From the NCBI RefSeq assembly GCF_009914755.1, contig NC_060947.1: a stretch of 64,000 nucleotides of DNA; one strand, given 5' to 3'. A program made the position numbers and the translations under genes. This stretch comes from the human T2T-CHM13v2.0 reference genome, Homo sapiens. Of this stretch, positions 41,083 through 62,119 are shown one piece after another. The stretch's first letter is position 1, and every line of letters begins with the position of its first letter. The notes under the pieces were generated by a model. The model ran no database searches. It was not told where the DNA came from and was given only the letters and a program-made list of their open reading frames with translations.

Positions 41083-41837
41083 TTCTAAGGCATCAAAGAA
41101 CCAGAAGACCTCAATTCATCATAGCTGACCTGAAGGAGGCAGAGGGTGAAACAAACTCGGCATGAAAAACATTTTGAGGCACAGGAGAGGATATAGACAA
41201 CATCGTCATGTTTATCTCAACTCTTTTAAAATTCTACTTTCTTTTTTTTTTTTTTTTTTCTGAGACAGAGTCTAGCTCTGTCGCCCAGGCTGGAGTACAG
41301 TGGCGGATCTCGGCTCACTGCAAACTCTGCCTCCCGGGTTCAAGTGATTCTCTTGCCTCGGCCTCCTAAGTAGCTGGGATTACAGGCATGCGCCACCACG
41401 CCCAGCTAATTTTTGTATTTTTAGTAGAGACGGGGTTTCACTGTGTTGGACAGGCTGGTCTCGAACTCCTGACCTTGTGATCTGCCCGCCTCGGCCTCCC
41501 AAAGTGCTGGGATTACAAGCATGAGCCACCGCACCTGGCCTAAAACTCTACTTTCAAGTCACATAGGTATCTAGGATTTTGGTTCTTGCAACCTTTTCGA
41601 TGACATATGAAAAAAATTCCTAAGAGTAAAGTTAATGATATAAAATGTATTTTATTTTATTTTTTGAGACAGAGTTTCAACTCTGTCACCCAGGCTGGAG
41701 TGCAGTGGTGCGATCTCCGCTCACTGCAACCTCTGCCTCAGAATCAAGTGATTCTTGTGCCTCAGCCTCCTGAGTACCTGGAATTACAGGCACGTGCCAC
41801 TATGCCCAACTCATTTTTGTATTTTTAGTAGAGATAG

Positions 41838-41972
<135 letters not shown>

Positions 41973-42018
41973 TGAAGTCAGTAGAAAAAGATCTATTCAC
42001 AGAATGAACTATATCTTA

Positions 42019-42264
<246 letters not shown>

Positions 42265-42467
42265 TTATTCTGGAATTCTATTTCTCAGGTACACAGTATA
42301 TACCTCTTGCTTTCCAGGATACCTGTGAGGCACTGTATCAGATCTGTTCTGATTGTGTATTGCCATTACAACACCAACATCCTAGTCCCTCGGAGCCTAG
42401 AAAATAGCTAATTCATTTGAAGACTATAATACATCGATGAATTATAGGGTTAATGGTATTCAAAATT

Positions 42468-42660
42468 AATGCTGTCCCATGGAATTTCCTGAAATGATGG
42501 AAATTTTCTTTAACTTTACAGTCTGATAGCCACTAGCTACATGCAGCTTTTCGACATTTGAAACGTGCCTAGCGTGACTGAGAAACTACACTTTAAATTT
42601 TAATTAATTTAAATTTAATTAGCCACATGTGGCTACTGGCTACCATATTAGAAACTGCAG
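42468..42660. mobile_element. MER3-like hAT MITE
   Basis: tagccactagctacatg...aatttaattagccacatgtggctactggctaccatattag. Confidence 0.7.
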
Positions 42661-42678
42661 CCCTCAATAATAACCTAG

Positions 42679-43246
<568 letters not shown>

Positions 43247-43327
43247 CTGGAGGGGAAAAAAAAAAGAGACTTAGACATATTTTAATTATAAAGAAATATT
43301 TCAAGCAAGTTTTCATTCTATACTTAC

Positions 43328-43392
43328 ATTCCAGTCTATCGTTGAGAAAAATGAATGTCTTTTAATTTCTTCAACTCCATCTGGTCCTGCAC
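43328..43392 (-). CDS. RPS6KA3: RPS6KA3 exon 12 ([22 protein letters not shown])
   Basis: GATAG|GTGCA...AAT|GTAAGT; 65 nt; followed by an 81-nt intron. Confidence 0.96.
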
Positions 43393-43889
43393 CTATCAAA
43401 AATGGATTCACTGATAATTTTATTTCAAGGAGAAATATACATATTGCTCAGCCTTTGTTTTCAATACTTGTCTAATTAATTAATTAATTAATTAATTAAT
43501 TTTGAGACAAGGGCTTGCTCTGTCACCCAGGCTGGAGCGCAGTGGTGTGATCTCAGTTCACTGCAGCCTCAACCTCTCAGGCTCAAGTGATCCTCCTACC
43601 TCAACTTCCTGAGTAGCTGGGACTACAGGCACGCACCACCATGCCTGGCTAATTTTTGTATTTTTTGTAAAGATGAGGTTTTGCCATTTTTCCCAGGCTG
43701 GTCTTGAACTCCTGGACTCAAGTAATTCTCCCGCCTTGGTCTCCCAAAGTGCTGGGATTACAGGCGTGAGCCACCAGGCCTAGCCTTGTCTAAATAGTTA
43801 ATAATTCCACCACAAAACAAATATCTACTCCCCGCTAAAAACAAACACCAACAAACATACAACATAAACAAATTAGTTAAAATTTTTAC

Positions 43890-43978
43890 CTAATCTGTTT
43901 GCAGGATTTCGCTTGAAAAGCATTCGTAAAAGACTCTGCGCTTCAGGACTCAAAAACTGTGGCATTCCAAGTTTGGCT
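43890..43978 (-). CDS. RPS6KA3: RPS6KA3 exon 11 ([29 protein letters not shown])
   Basis: TTTAG|AGCC...TTAG|GTAAAA; 89 nt. Confidence 0.96.
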
Positions 43979-45327
43979 CTAAATAATAAATCCACATAAT
44001 ATTTTATTTTTTGGAGGCATCTGTATTTTTATTTTTAAAAATTCTTAAATTAAACTTTTTGAGATACTTGTAGATTCACACTCAGTTGTAAGAAATAATA
44101 CAGAGAGATCCCCTGTGCCCTTTACCCAGTTTCCCCCAATGGTAACATCTTACAAAACTACAGTACAATATCACATCCAGGATATTGACATGGAGACAAT
44201 CCAATGATCTCATTCACATGGCACTGGTTTTATTTGCACTTATTTGTGTGTGTGTTTAGTTCTATGCCATTTTATTACATGTATGGCTTCTGTATGAATA
44301 TGTCACAGTTTATTTATCCATTATCTGTTGAAGGACATTTGGGTTGTGCCCAGTTTGGGGCTAATATGAATAAAGCTACAGTGAACATTTATGTACAGGT
44401 TTTCATGTGAACACATAACTGAATTTTAGTTCATAATCTAATAAGCTTTTTCATTTTTCAAAATTTTGCAAAGAGCACTGTGAAAGTAAGATCATTTGAA
44501 TCCTAGTTCTGGCTCTGTTACTAAGAACTTTGTGACAGTGGGAAAGCCAATTATTCTGGGCCTGTTATCATTTCTTCATAAGCAAAGGGATTGGTCTCTA
44601 GACCAATAGCTCCCAAAGTATAGCCTCGGAACTCCTCCTCAAAGGGAATTTAAGAAACCTAACATTTAAAGCTGCTAAGAGAACATGTGTTTCATATGCC
44701 ACTTTTTCCTTTCTATTCCCTTTAACAGCCCCTGAAGGGAAGGGGAACTGTGGGAAAGAGGATTGTGAAATATTGAAGATACACAGTCTAAAAACTGCTG
44801 GCCTAGATGAACTTGAAGGTCTGTTTCAGCTCTAATTTTAATTCTTTTTCCAAACCTACAAATTAAAGAAACCAATGATCCTGTAAGTATGACAATAATA
44901 ATAGAGCTGGGGAAAATTCCTATTTCAGAAACAGATCCATTTATTATTCAGTGGGTTGTTATTGAGCTATTACATGCCAGACACTGTTTAGTGCTGAGGA
45001 TACAGAGATAAAGAGAGCCCATGAAACTCATGGTCCATGGTGAAGATGGATACAGATAATGCTAGTACATTAAGAGACAAATGCAGAAGAACATATGCAA
45101 AGAGTGACAAGGGAACAGTAGGGGATATTTAATTTAACATGGGAGATTATGAAAGGTCTTCAATGCAATCTAAAGGCTAACAATTTATTCATTTGGCTAG
45201 TGTTTCCCCAAATTTTACTGAATAACATTAATCCCTCTAGATAGTTAGCAACAATAAAAAAATTCATGACCCAATGAGCTTGTAGAATGCTATTTATTAT
45301 ATCCCCCTATTAGACACACAGAATTAA

Positions 45328-45582
<255 letters not shown>

Positions 45583-46701
45583 TAGGCTGGTTTTGAACTC
45601 CTAGCCTCAAGTGATCCTCCCACTTCAGCCTCTCAAAGTGCTGGGATTATGGGTGAAATCAGTATTTTCTAAGTATTTATTTCCAGCACCTCTTTTTCAA
45701 AGAATACCTATTAATATCTTGTAGAATTAATATTCTCTTGGACAAATCTGGGGAAACACTATTGTATTAGGTAACAAGGATGCAGCAGAGGTCCTGAAAC
45801 TGGACTAACATGACTAGACTTATTTTCAAGAAGGTAACTCCAAGGGTAATAGAGAACAATTTGGAGTGGGAAGAGGTCATAAGTGGTAGGCAATCAACTT
45901 AGGAATGTGGTCAGATAGTATGGGTAAGAGGTCACTGTTTTCTGAATACTTTAAGCAGTTTAATTCAGAGGAAAGGCTGGAACAGTGAAATAATTCTGAG
46001 ATCGAATTTGGAGAATACCTAATTATGCAAAAGAGAGAAGGAATAAAAAATGATTTCCTGGTTTCTGGCTTGGAAGAGGGTGCATGAAAATGCTGATAAC
46101 TGGGAGTATAAGAAAAGAACAGCAAATAAAGATACATTTAGTTCAAAGATGTGAAGTCATGCATGTAATATGTTTTGGGAGGGCCAGGCAGGTGAGTAAA
46201 TAGAAACACAGGTCTAATGCCTGGTAAATTCATGTAAGAAAGAGTGATTTGAGAGTAATTAAAATGTGGAGGGTAGTTATAGGAAAGACTGAAGTCAGTC
46301 AGGAAAGAGTGCAGAGGGGGAAGAAAAGCATATCATAGACGGATCCTGGGGGATAAGACCATTTAAAAGGTAGTCAGAAAAAGAACAATTAGGGCATTAA
46401 AAATAATGACTGCAATTGGCTGAATCACACTGATTATTAAATCCCATGAGTTTATTATGTAAAGTAAGAAAAAGCAAAGTCAAAATACAAAAACTCGACT
46501 CACTGGATACTACCCCCACTAGGAAGTAACTAGGGCTCTGACATTAGAAACAATTTAAGAAAAGAATTAAGTATTTATTCTCTTTTTCTTGGATGAGCGT
46601 TATTTCAAGTAATTAAATCATCATAGTTGATGAGGGAAAGTTTGTTGAGAAAATACCAGCTAATAAATGAGGAAGGAATAATAATAATAATAGAAAATCA
46701 T

Positions 46702-47015
<314 letters not shown>

Positions 47016-47289
47016 AAAAGCAATTCATCACTTTTGAATTCCTTATAAAATAACTGTTTCAAGTAATGATTATTAATGGATAGAACCATTAGTTAAAAGC
47101 ATGCCAGGGAACTTTACAACGGAGGAATCAGCTGCAACCACTGGAGCCCATCACTTAAAGTGGGGGCAACCAGGTATTGTAAGCCTCCTGATGTAATAGG
47201 GACCACACGGTATTAGCTGTGAAATAATCTTGCTAAAACAGTTTAACCAAAAACAGAATAGAGGATCAAGCTAATAACACTAAGGGAAT

Positions 47290-47742
47290 AAAAAAAAATT
47301 TCCATACTCCTAGGAAAAGACTAATTGTTATGTAACCATGGTAACAAGAGAACCACCAGAACTGGTTTTAAATCCTTTCAGTTGGTTTAAAATCCATTGA
47401 ATTGATCAATGACAACTTGCCTGGTGAACACCTGCAAAGATGAGTAACTGCTCTTTGTCTCTGAAAATTAGCCAAACAGGAATGGACTCACTCCAATAAA
47501 CACACCTGAATGCCCACTGATCAACAACAGTCCCACCCAAATAATCACATTCTTACAGATAATGTCAACCCACTTATAGACATGAAACTCTGCCACTTCT
47601 TGAGCTCCACCCTTCCTCAAAACCCTATATAAGATTAGTGGTCTACTATATTTGGGGAGACTCTAGCCTTACCATAGCAAAGAATAAAATAAACTTTATG
47701 CTTTTTGTTTCAGATATTGAGAGGGGGTCTCATTCTTTGACA
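47290..47742 (+). mobile_element. LTR-like element (family uncertain) interrupting an old L1 fragment
   Basis: TATATAA at 47626, AATAAA at 47683, ends in ...TTTGACA; L1ME-like sequence on both sides. Confidence 0.45.
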
Positions 47743-48929
47743 AGATAAATCCAGAAAGCAGAGTTCTATAAAACAACTGACTAGGTTTCTATGAATAAAC
47801 AGCAGGGGAAAAACAGGGATAGATAACAGAAGTTTAAGAAGTACAACCAAATGGAATGTGCAGACTTGATTTGGATCCAACTGTAAAGACACAGTTTTGA
47901 AGAAAATCTGAAAAACTTAGTTAAGGACTGATGATACCTAAGCATTATTGCTAGTTTTATGTGGATGTGTAAGAAAACACCCATATTTTTAGCAAGGCAA
48001 ACTGAATTAAGTAGATATGTCTGGAATGCTTATAATACTTCAGTAAAGAAAAGAAAAAAAGAATAGATAAAGCAAAATGGCCAAATCTTGATAAATGTCG
48101 AATCTGGGTAACAGGTATATGTGTTCACTGAATTATTCTATTTTTGATAGTTCATATTTGAAAATTTTTATAATTAAAAAAGGAAAAACAGGAAGAGAAG
48201 AAATCATGTAAAAGAGACCAAAAGGGGAACGGTTAGAGAGGTGGAAGAAGTAGATCAAAGTAGGAAAAACTATGGAGGGAGGGAGTGGCCACCAGTGTCA
48301 AATACTCAGAGATGCCTTTCTTGAGTGTCCCATCTAATATGGCTCCTGCTTTCTGCTCCTTCCCTCACACAGTAAGGAGTCACTATTATGAGTACAGAAT
48401 TCCGATTTATTATCCTTATATCTCCTATTACTATCTGAAATTGTTTAGATATTAATTCCTTGTCTCCGCCACTAAAATATAAGCTCTGAAGACCACCAAA
48501 GACCTTTTCAGTCTTGTTAATACTACATCTCAAGTATGAGTAGCAAGAACTGAAACATCTGTTAAATGAATTGTGTGAATGAATGGTAGAGTCATCCTTT
48601 TGACAACCTGCCACTGGTTTTAGCAACCAGAAGATCACTGATAGCCACAGAGAGAGCAGTTTCAGTAGAGTGGTGGGGATGAATGACAAATAGGCTGTGG
48701 AATAAAAGAAGCCAAAAAAGTAGTAACAGAAAGCATAGACTACTTTTTAAAGAGGCTTTGTGTTGAAAGGATGCAGGAAGATGGTACAGTAACTTGAAAG
48801 GAAGGCCAAGTCAAAGAAGGATTTAGTTTCTTCAACACGAGAGTGTTTGTTCGCTGAAAGGGAGGGATCAAAGTAGATGAAGTGATAAAGGTTCAGTGAT
48901 GAAAGTTCAGTGAACATTCATTTATGTAG

Positions 48930-52700
<3,771 letters not shown>

Positions 52701-52858
52701 ATGAAGATAATATGAGTACTCTAAATCTACGCAGTCTGTTCATATTCAAACCACGTAATATTGATGAATTTCTTAGTTATTTCTTATACTACAGCCAACA
52801 CTCTAAAATCTCATTTTTTAGTGTGAAACATTTATTTTATTTTACTTTTTTGAGATAG

Positions 52859-52957
<99 letters not shown>

Positions 52958-53189
52958 TGAGTACTGCTGAGACTACAGGTGTGTACCACCATGCCCGGCT
53001 AAGTTTTGTATTTTTAGTAGAGATGGGGTTTCACCATGTTGGCCAGGCTGGTCTCAAACTCCTGATCTCAAGTGATCCGTCTTCCTTGCCCTCCCAAAGT
53101 GCTGGGATTACAGGCATGAGCCACAGCGCCCAGCCTGAAGCATTTATTTTAAAATCTCATCAAAACATCTATATTAAGGGAGTACTTAC

Positions 53190-53260
53190 TTAAGAATCAT
53201 AGTCATTGTTTCTTTTCGATCTTTTCCTTGGAAAGGGAGTGTACCAGTAAGCATTTCAAA
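53190..53260 (-). CDS. RPS6KA3: RPS6KA3 exon 10 ([24 protein letters not shown])
   Basis: TGTAG|TTT...TTAA|GTAAGT; 71 nt. Confidence 0.96.
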
Positions 53261-53471
53261 CTACAGAAAGGCAAAATAATCAGAAGTGTTAGTCAATAAA
53301 TATAAAATCTGAAGGCCAGAAGGTAAAAAAAAAAAAAAGCATCATTTTAATTATAACCAAATATTCTAAAATTGCTACATAACAAGTGTTTTCTATTTCT
53401 ACCATATTCGTTACTGAAGTTCTTGATAATTCCTAAAACAACTGAGCTATACAGTTTTTTTTTTTTTGTAG

Positions 53472-53624
<153 letters not shown>

Positions 53625-53728
53625 TAGAGGCATGGGCCACCATGCTCAGCTTCATCAATCACATTTCAAATGGCAATTTTAAAGTGTAGATATGTGAACA
53701 ATTTGATAGATATGCCAATTTCATATGA

Positions 53729-53974
<246 letters not shown>

Positions 53975-54050
53975 TGATTTTTGTATTTTTAGTAGAAACG
54001 GGGTTTCACCATGTTGGCCAGGCTGGTTTCGAACTCCTGACTTTAAGTGA

Positions 54051-54236
<186 letters not shown>

Positions 54237-54697
54237 TGAGGTGTGTGCCATCCTGCTCAGCTACTTTTTGTATTTTTAGTGGAGATGGGGTTTTGCCATG
54301 TTGGCCATGCCGGTCTTGAACTCCTGACGTCAGGTGATCTACCCGCCTCAGCCTCCCAAAGTGCTAGGATTACAGGTGTGAGCCACTGCACTCGGCCAAA
54401 CGAACTTATTTTAAGGGTCACTTACTAACAGATTTCTGGACCAGTTTCTCCAAAAGACCAAACACCATTAATGCTTTAGATTGTTACTATTAGCAGGAAA
54501 TCTATGGTAATATTTTTTTTTGCCCTTTCAAATTAGGATGAGATAGACGCAGCTAACAGATTTCATAGTCCTTCTATACTGCATGCAATAATGTTTCTTG
54601 GTTATTTATTACATATGGCATAAAATAAAGAAAATAAAAACACCAGTTTCTTTAACATTCACTGCTGATCCTCACTTAACAATCTCCTTCCCCTCTA

Positions 54698-54943
<246 letters not shown>

Positions 54944-54956
54944 TTAAAATTTCTAA

Positions 54957-55151
<195 letters not shown>

Positions 55152-55390
55152 TAGAAACAGGGTTTCACCATGTTAGCCAGGCTAGTCTTGAATTCCCGAC
55201 CTCAAGTGATCCACCTGCCTCAGCCTCCCAGAATGCTGGGATTACAGGGGTGAGCCACTACGCCTGGCCCTAATACAAGTTTTTAATTTTAATACAGTGT
55301 ATTACTCAATATTTGTACCACAATCAACCTTAAAGGAAAGTATATATTGTAGGAGAAAATATTTTAATAAAACGAGGATTTTTTTTTTAC

Positions 55391-55428
55391 CTGTTAACTT
55401 GATGTGACCTTCTTCATCAAGAAGTATA
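55391..55428 (-). CDS. RPS6KA3: RPS6KA3 exon 8 (ILLDEEGHIKLT)
   Basis: TTTCAG|TATA...ACAG|GTAAAA; 38 nt; phases fit both neighbours. Confidence 0.95.
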
Positions 55429-56501
55429 CTGAAAAAAACAAAGAAAATCTTTTAAGAACACTAAATAGAGATTTATAGAAGCTAAGACTGAAATTACATC
55501 CTTAAGCATCAGATCACCACATTTACTCTAAAACATTGCTTTAGACTGTGAATAAGATGGCAAAGGCAAAGGAGGAACAAATTATTTTTTGGACACACAT
55601 TTATAACAAAGCCCAAAGGCAATGCCATAAACTTGTATTAATATGCCAGGGGCACTTGAAAATTATTAGGAAAAGAATCAAATCACCTGTACTCTTCCCA
55701 GCTGCTCTTTCTAATGCCTTTCTGCAGACGTAGTTTGACTAAACCCCCTAGTGCCTGCATTAATAGACAGAGGGTCCACACATTTAATTCAAAAACATCA
55801 GACATGTCATTCTCTTGGTTATTTTATTTTGCCTTTTTTTCCTTTTTGTGGAGAATAGGGTATCACTATGTTGCCCAGGCAGGTCTTGAACTGCTGGGCT
55901 CAAGCTATCTTCTTGCTTCTGCCTCCCTGAGTGCTGGGATTACTCCCTAAGGTGTGAGCCACTGCGTGCCCAGCTCTCTTGGTCATTTTAAAGGTATCTG
56001 ACTCAATCATTGTTTCCTTATTTTTTTTTTCCTGACACAACCTACACAATCCTCTTCTCCTTCCCCATACTCCTTGTTTTTCATTGACCCCTCCCTTCAC
56101 TATACATATTCTCCAGGGTTTTCTCTCTTCCCCAATAAACTGTGAGCTCCTAGAAGGTTTGACCTTATTCATCTTTATAGCTCAGTGTCTGGCAGTGTAC
56201 AGTACAAACAAGAAATGTTGAATGAATAAGGCCTGTTTGCAAAGGGCCTACAGGGCATTCCAAATAGTTTGGGCTTCTTGTCAAGGACAAGGGAGACCAT
56301 AAATGGTGTACATTCATGGAGGGTAGAGAAATTTACAGAGAAAATAAAGGGCATTTAGTGAGCTCACTGGGTCATGATAAAGAACAACTGGAGAATGACA
56401 CTCAGGTTTCTGGCTTGAGCAGATACTTGAGTGGAGAGTAATGCTATTAATCAAGGAGCTACAGAAAGGAGAGAGTACTAAGCTGTAAGCCAATAATTGT
56501 G

Positions 56502-56566
56502 TTAAGTTGGTGCAGAAGTAATTAAAAGTAATGGCAAAAACTGCAATTGCTTTTGCACCAACCTAA
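56502..56566. mobile_element. MADE1 (Hsmar1 mariner MITE), internally deleted
   Basis: TIRs TTAAGTTGGTGCAGAAGTAATT / AATTGCTTTTGCACCAACCTAA. Confidence 0.88.
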
Positions 56567-57762
56567 TATTTCTGGATAGGTATGGGATCAAGCAATAAAC
56601 TGTTTCACTTATATTTAAAGCTATCCCACAATATAGGCATTTCCTTACTTTTATTTTAACTAAAAATGTGCAAGTCAAACTTTGTTATAAAATTTTACTA
56701 TAACAAAAATATTACCAATCTTTCTATTTCATAAATGCAAACATAATTACAACAAAGTTTACCACTGAAGGTAATTCAGTAGGGACATGTTTTTCAAGTT
56801 TCTTTTATCATAAGCACCTGTTATGAAAAATATTAATATTGATTCTGCTTGATTATGAAGAGATCAACACATTTAGAGAGTATAAAGGGCATTATTAGGT
56901 ACTGTAGAAATCATCCTCCCTTCTAGTGAATACATGAAAAACAGTTCTAAAAACAAAACTTCAAGTCATTCTCGGTAATTCTGAAAGAAAAAAGGATAAT
57001 ATGGCTGAAAGGGCATTAGTTACGCCTTCTGTAGCAAATGCATTCTTCTAAGATAACCATGCTTATACTGTATCTTTGAAAGAAAAAGTCAACTGTATCA
57101 CTCTCAATAAACAACATTCCTTTTCAATGGTTACTAATTTTTAGTCATATTTATTACAACAGAGTTCTAGTTTAAAAGAATCTGAAAAACCCTTAACAGT
57201 TCATAAAATATTTGGCCTAAAAATTTAAATTTCTCCCAAGTTCTGTATGATGGTATTTACTTGTATAATTCACCAAGTAAGTGTTATTTCTAATTAATAG
57301 CATCATCTAGACATGTATGTTTAAGATCTTAATATAAGCAATCTTATTTACATCTGATCTTATTAAAGCCTTGAGACAGGGCTCATACTTTAATGTAACT
57401 TTATGACCAATGCCAATACAATGGTCTATGGTAAATATATTCAATTAAATAGTATAAAACACACATTTTTATGAATGTTTAATCTTATGTTTATAGTAAT
57501 TTTTCTAAGGACTATATGCTTGAATATTCATTCTCACCAATAATTATATTTTGTGTCACAATAGTTATAAGTTGGGAAAATAATCAGGAAAACTCAGCAG
57601 TTATTTGGGGAATAAAAACAAAACCATATGAAACTTATCCAAAAACAATAAAAAAAACATAAAATATAAAAGCATAACAATTTCTAAATGATCACTTAGA
57701 AGAGTTCCAGATGAGCATTTCCTCTCTTCCTGTGTTAATACAGAATTTAAATTTTGTACTAA

Positions 57763-58589
57763 CTTTTTTTTTTTTTTATTATGCTTTAGGTTCTAGGATA
57801 CATGTGCAGAACGTGCAGGTTTGTTACATAGGTATACACATGCCATGGTGGTTTGCTGCGCCCATTAACCCGTCATTTACATTAGGCATTTCTCCTAATG
57901 CTATCCCTCCCCTAGCCCCCTAACTCCTGACAGGCCCCGGTGTGTGGTGTTCCCCTCCCTGTGTCCATGTGTTCTCATTGTTCAACTCCCACTTATGAGT
58001 GAGAACATGCAGTGTTTGATTTTCTGTTCCTGTGTTAGTTCGCTGAGAATGATGGTTTCCAGCTTCATCCATGTCCCTGCAAAGGACATGAACTCAGCAT
58101 TTTTTATAGCTGCACAGTATTCCATGGTGTATATGTGCCACATTTTCTTTATCCAGTCTATCATTGATGGGCATTTGGGTTGGTTCCAAGTCTTTGCTAT
58201 TGTGAATAGTGCTGCAATAAACATACGTGTGCATGTGTCTTTATAGTAGAATGATTTATAATCGTTTGGGTATATACATGGTAATGGGATTGCTGGGTCA
58301 AACGGTATTTCTGGTTCTAGATCCTTGAGGAATCGCCACACTGTCTTCCACAATGGTTGAACTAATTAACACTCCCACCAACAGTGTAAAAGCGGTACTA
58401 TTTCTCCACATCCTCTCCAGCATCTGTTGTTTCCTGACTTTTTAATGATCGCCATTCTAACTGGCGTGAGATGGTATCTCATTGTGGTTTTGATTTGCAT
58501 TTCTCTAATGACCAGGGATGATGAGCTTTTCTTTCATATGTTTGTTTGCCACATAAATGTCTTCTTTTGAGAAGTGTCTGTTCATATCC
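57763..58589 (-). mobile_element. 5'-truncated L1PA (ORF2 C-terminus, 3'UTR and poly-A)
   Basis: ORF 57982..58353 (WKTVWRFLKDLEPEIPFDPAIP...) is the L1 ORF2 C-terminus; primate L1 3'UTR; T tract at the left end. Confidence 0.95.
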
Positions 58590-58656
58590 GAGAGAAATAT
58601 TCAAAATTCTTAATATGATGGTTGTACAACTCTGTGAATATACTAAAAATCAATGA

Positions 58657-60186
<1,530 letters not shown>

Positions 60187-60380
60187 TCAAAGAATGCACA
60201 CAAAAACAGTATTTTTTGATTAACTGAGATTTTTAAAGTATGAAACTACAGTGTTAGCAGAGATGTGAAGCACAGGCACGCTAGTGCAATACTGTGGGAG
60301 TTTCATGAAGCCACTTGATTTTTTATAATCTCCTAAACAATCATATTACATTGTATTCAACTTAGTAGCATGATTCCTTA

Positions 60381-60488
<108 letters not shown>

Positions 60489-61074
60489 CTAAAATAAAAC
60501 AATAATTTTTCTAAATTTATTTTCTTTTTGTGTCTGTAATTTTTAAAGTTCCACTCTAGAGTTTAAATATCCTAAAAATTTTATAAATATGATAATTATA
60601 CATAGCTTTGTTTACAATTTATTCGTGAAAGGAATAGCAAAATTATCTAATCAGTCAACCAATCACTTACTAAATACTAACTATGCACTATGGGAGAAAT
60701 AATTTTACATTTTATTGTTAAGTATATTCAGGGTGTGCCACTGTTGTCCCATGACAGTAACATTTTAGAAATGAAAAGTGATCTTTAAAATGCATGCTTA
60801 ATTTCTAGTACTAATTGTTTAAGGATATCTTGTTGATACATTATTGCTTCTGGAAAAAACTATAAAAGAAGCAGGGTTAAGACAAAGACTGTTTATTTGT
60901 CAATTTAAAGTCCTGCTTTCAGAATAAATTCAAAAGGTAGGAAAAGAACTCTTTTTGGGTCTGATTCTTCCAGAATCTTGTGCCACTAGAGAAAATACAG
61001 TAAGCATAATACTGAAACATAACAAAGCTTTAGTTCAAACAGGATGCATGTAAATAGACTAAAAATAGAGATTA

Positions 61075-61185
<111 letters not shown>

Positions 61186-61906
61186 TCATTTAGTCCACCA
61201 TAATTTTTTTAGGTTTACATTAGGTCATTCATAAATGAATATTTTAACAAATTAATTATATCAAATGTCCAAACTTACTTTTACTTAGAAGAAAACCACT
61301 GATTTATCTTAGTTTCCATGTGGAAATGTTAAATACAGTGTTTCTTATTATGGAATCACTAGATTTTCAACAGGCAAGTCACTCAGGAATACAATAGTTC
61401 TAAACCCATGATACATAAGAAAACCTCCTAAAAAAAAAGACTTACTTAACTACGAAATAACATACAAAAACCATGCCACTAGCTACAGAAAAAAATATGG
61501 GTTGGTTAGGTTTAATTACACATAGTAAGAATCACCACACCTTTACCCACTGAGAAAAAGCATATGGCTTCGGGGAAAAGAACAGCAGTGACAATGGTTT
61601 TAGGATGTTGACATTAGGGATCTCTTTGGCCTTTAGGGTTGGCTAACACATATAGGCTACAAAAGGCTAGCATATTATTACTCATTATTATTATAATAAA
61701 AAAGCAATAATTATCATTACCTGTTCCTATGGCTACCACTCAGAAACTAACTTTATAATATTTAAAAAAAACATAAACTAAACAATAAAAGCTTCTAAAG
61801 TTTGTCTAAGAAATAATGGCTTAATTTTCATGACTTATTACTATATAGATCTGCTAACCACATACAAATATATATTTATTTATATTAGTTTATCTGAATG
61901 TCCTCA

Positions 61907-62119
<213 letters not shown>

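Noticed and set aside
43247-43327. 81-nt intron 12 as a possible mirtron or minor intron
   Set aside because: Canonical GTAAGT...CAG ends and no evident end-to-end hairpin.
48284-48302. TGGCCACCAGTGTCA as a CTCF site
   Set aside because: One base short in the core spacing, and it lies in an L2-like remnant.
57944-58353. 123-aa and 100-aa ORFs
   Set aside because: Remnant of L1 ORF2 and its antisense frame in a truncated element; not a host gene.
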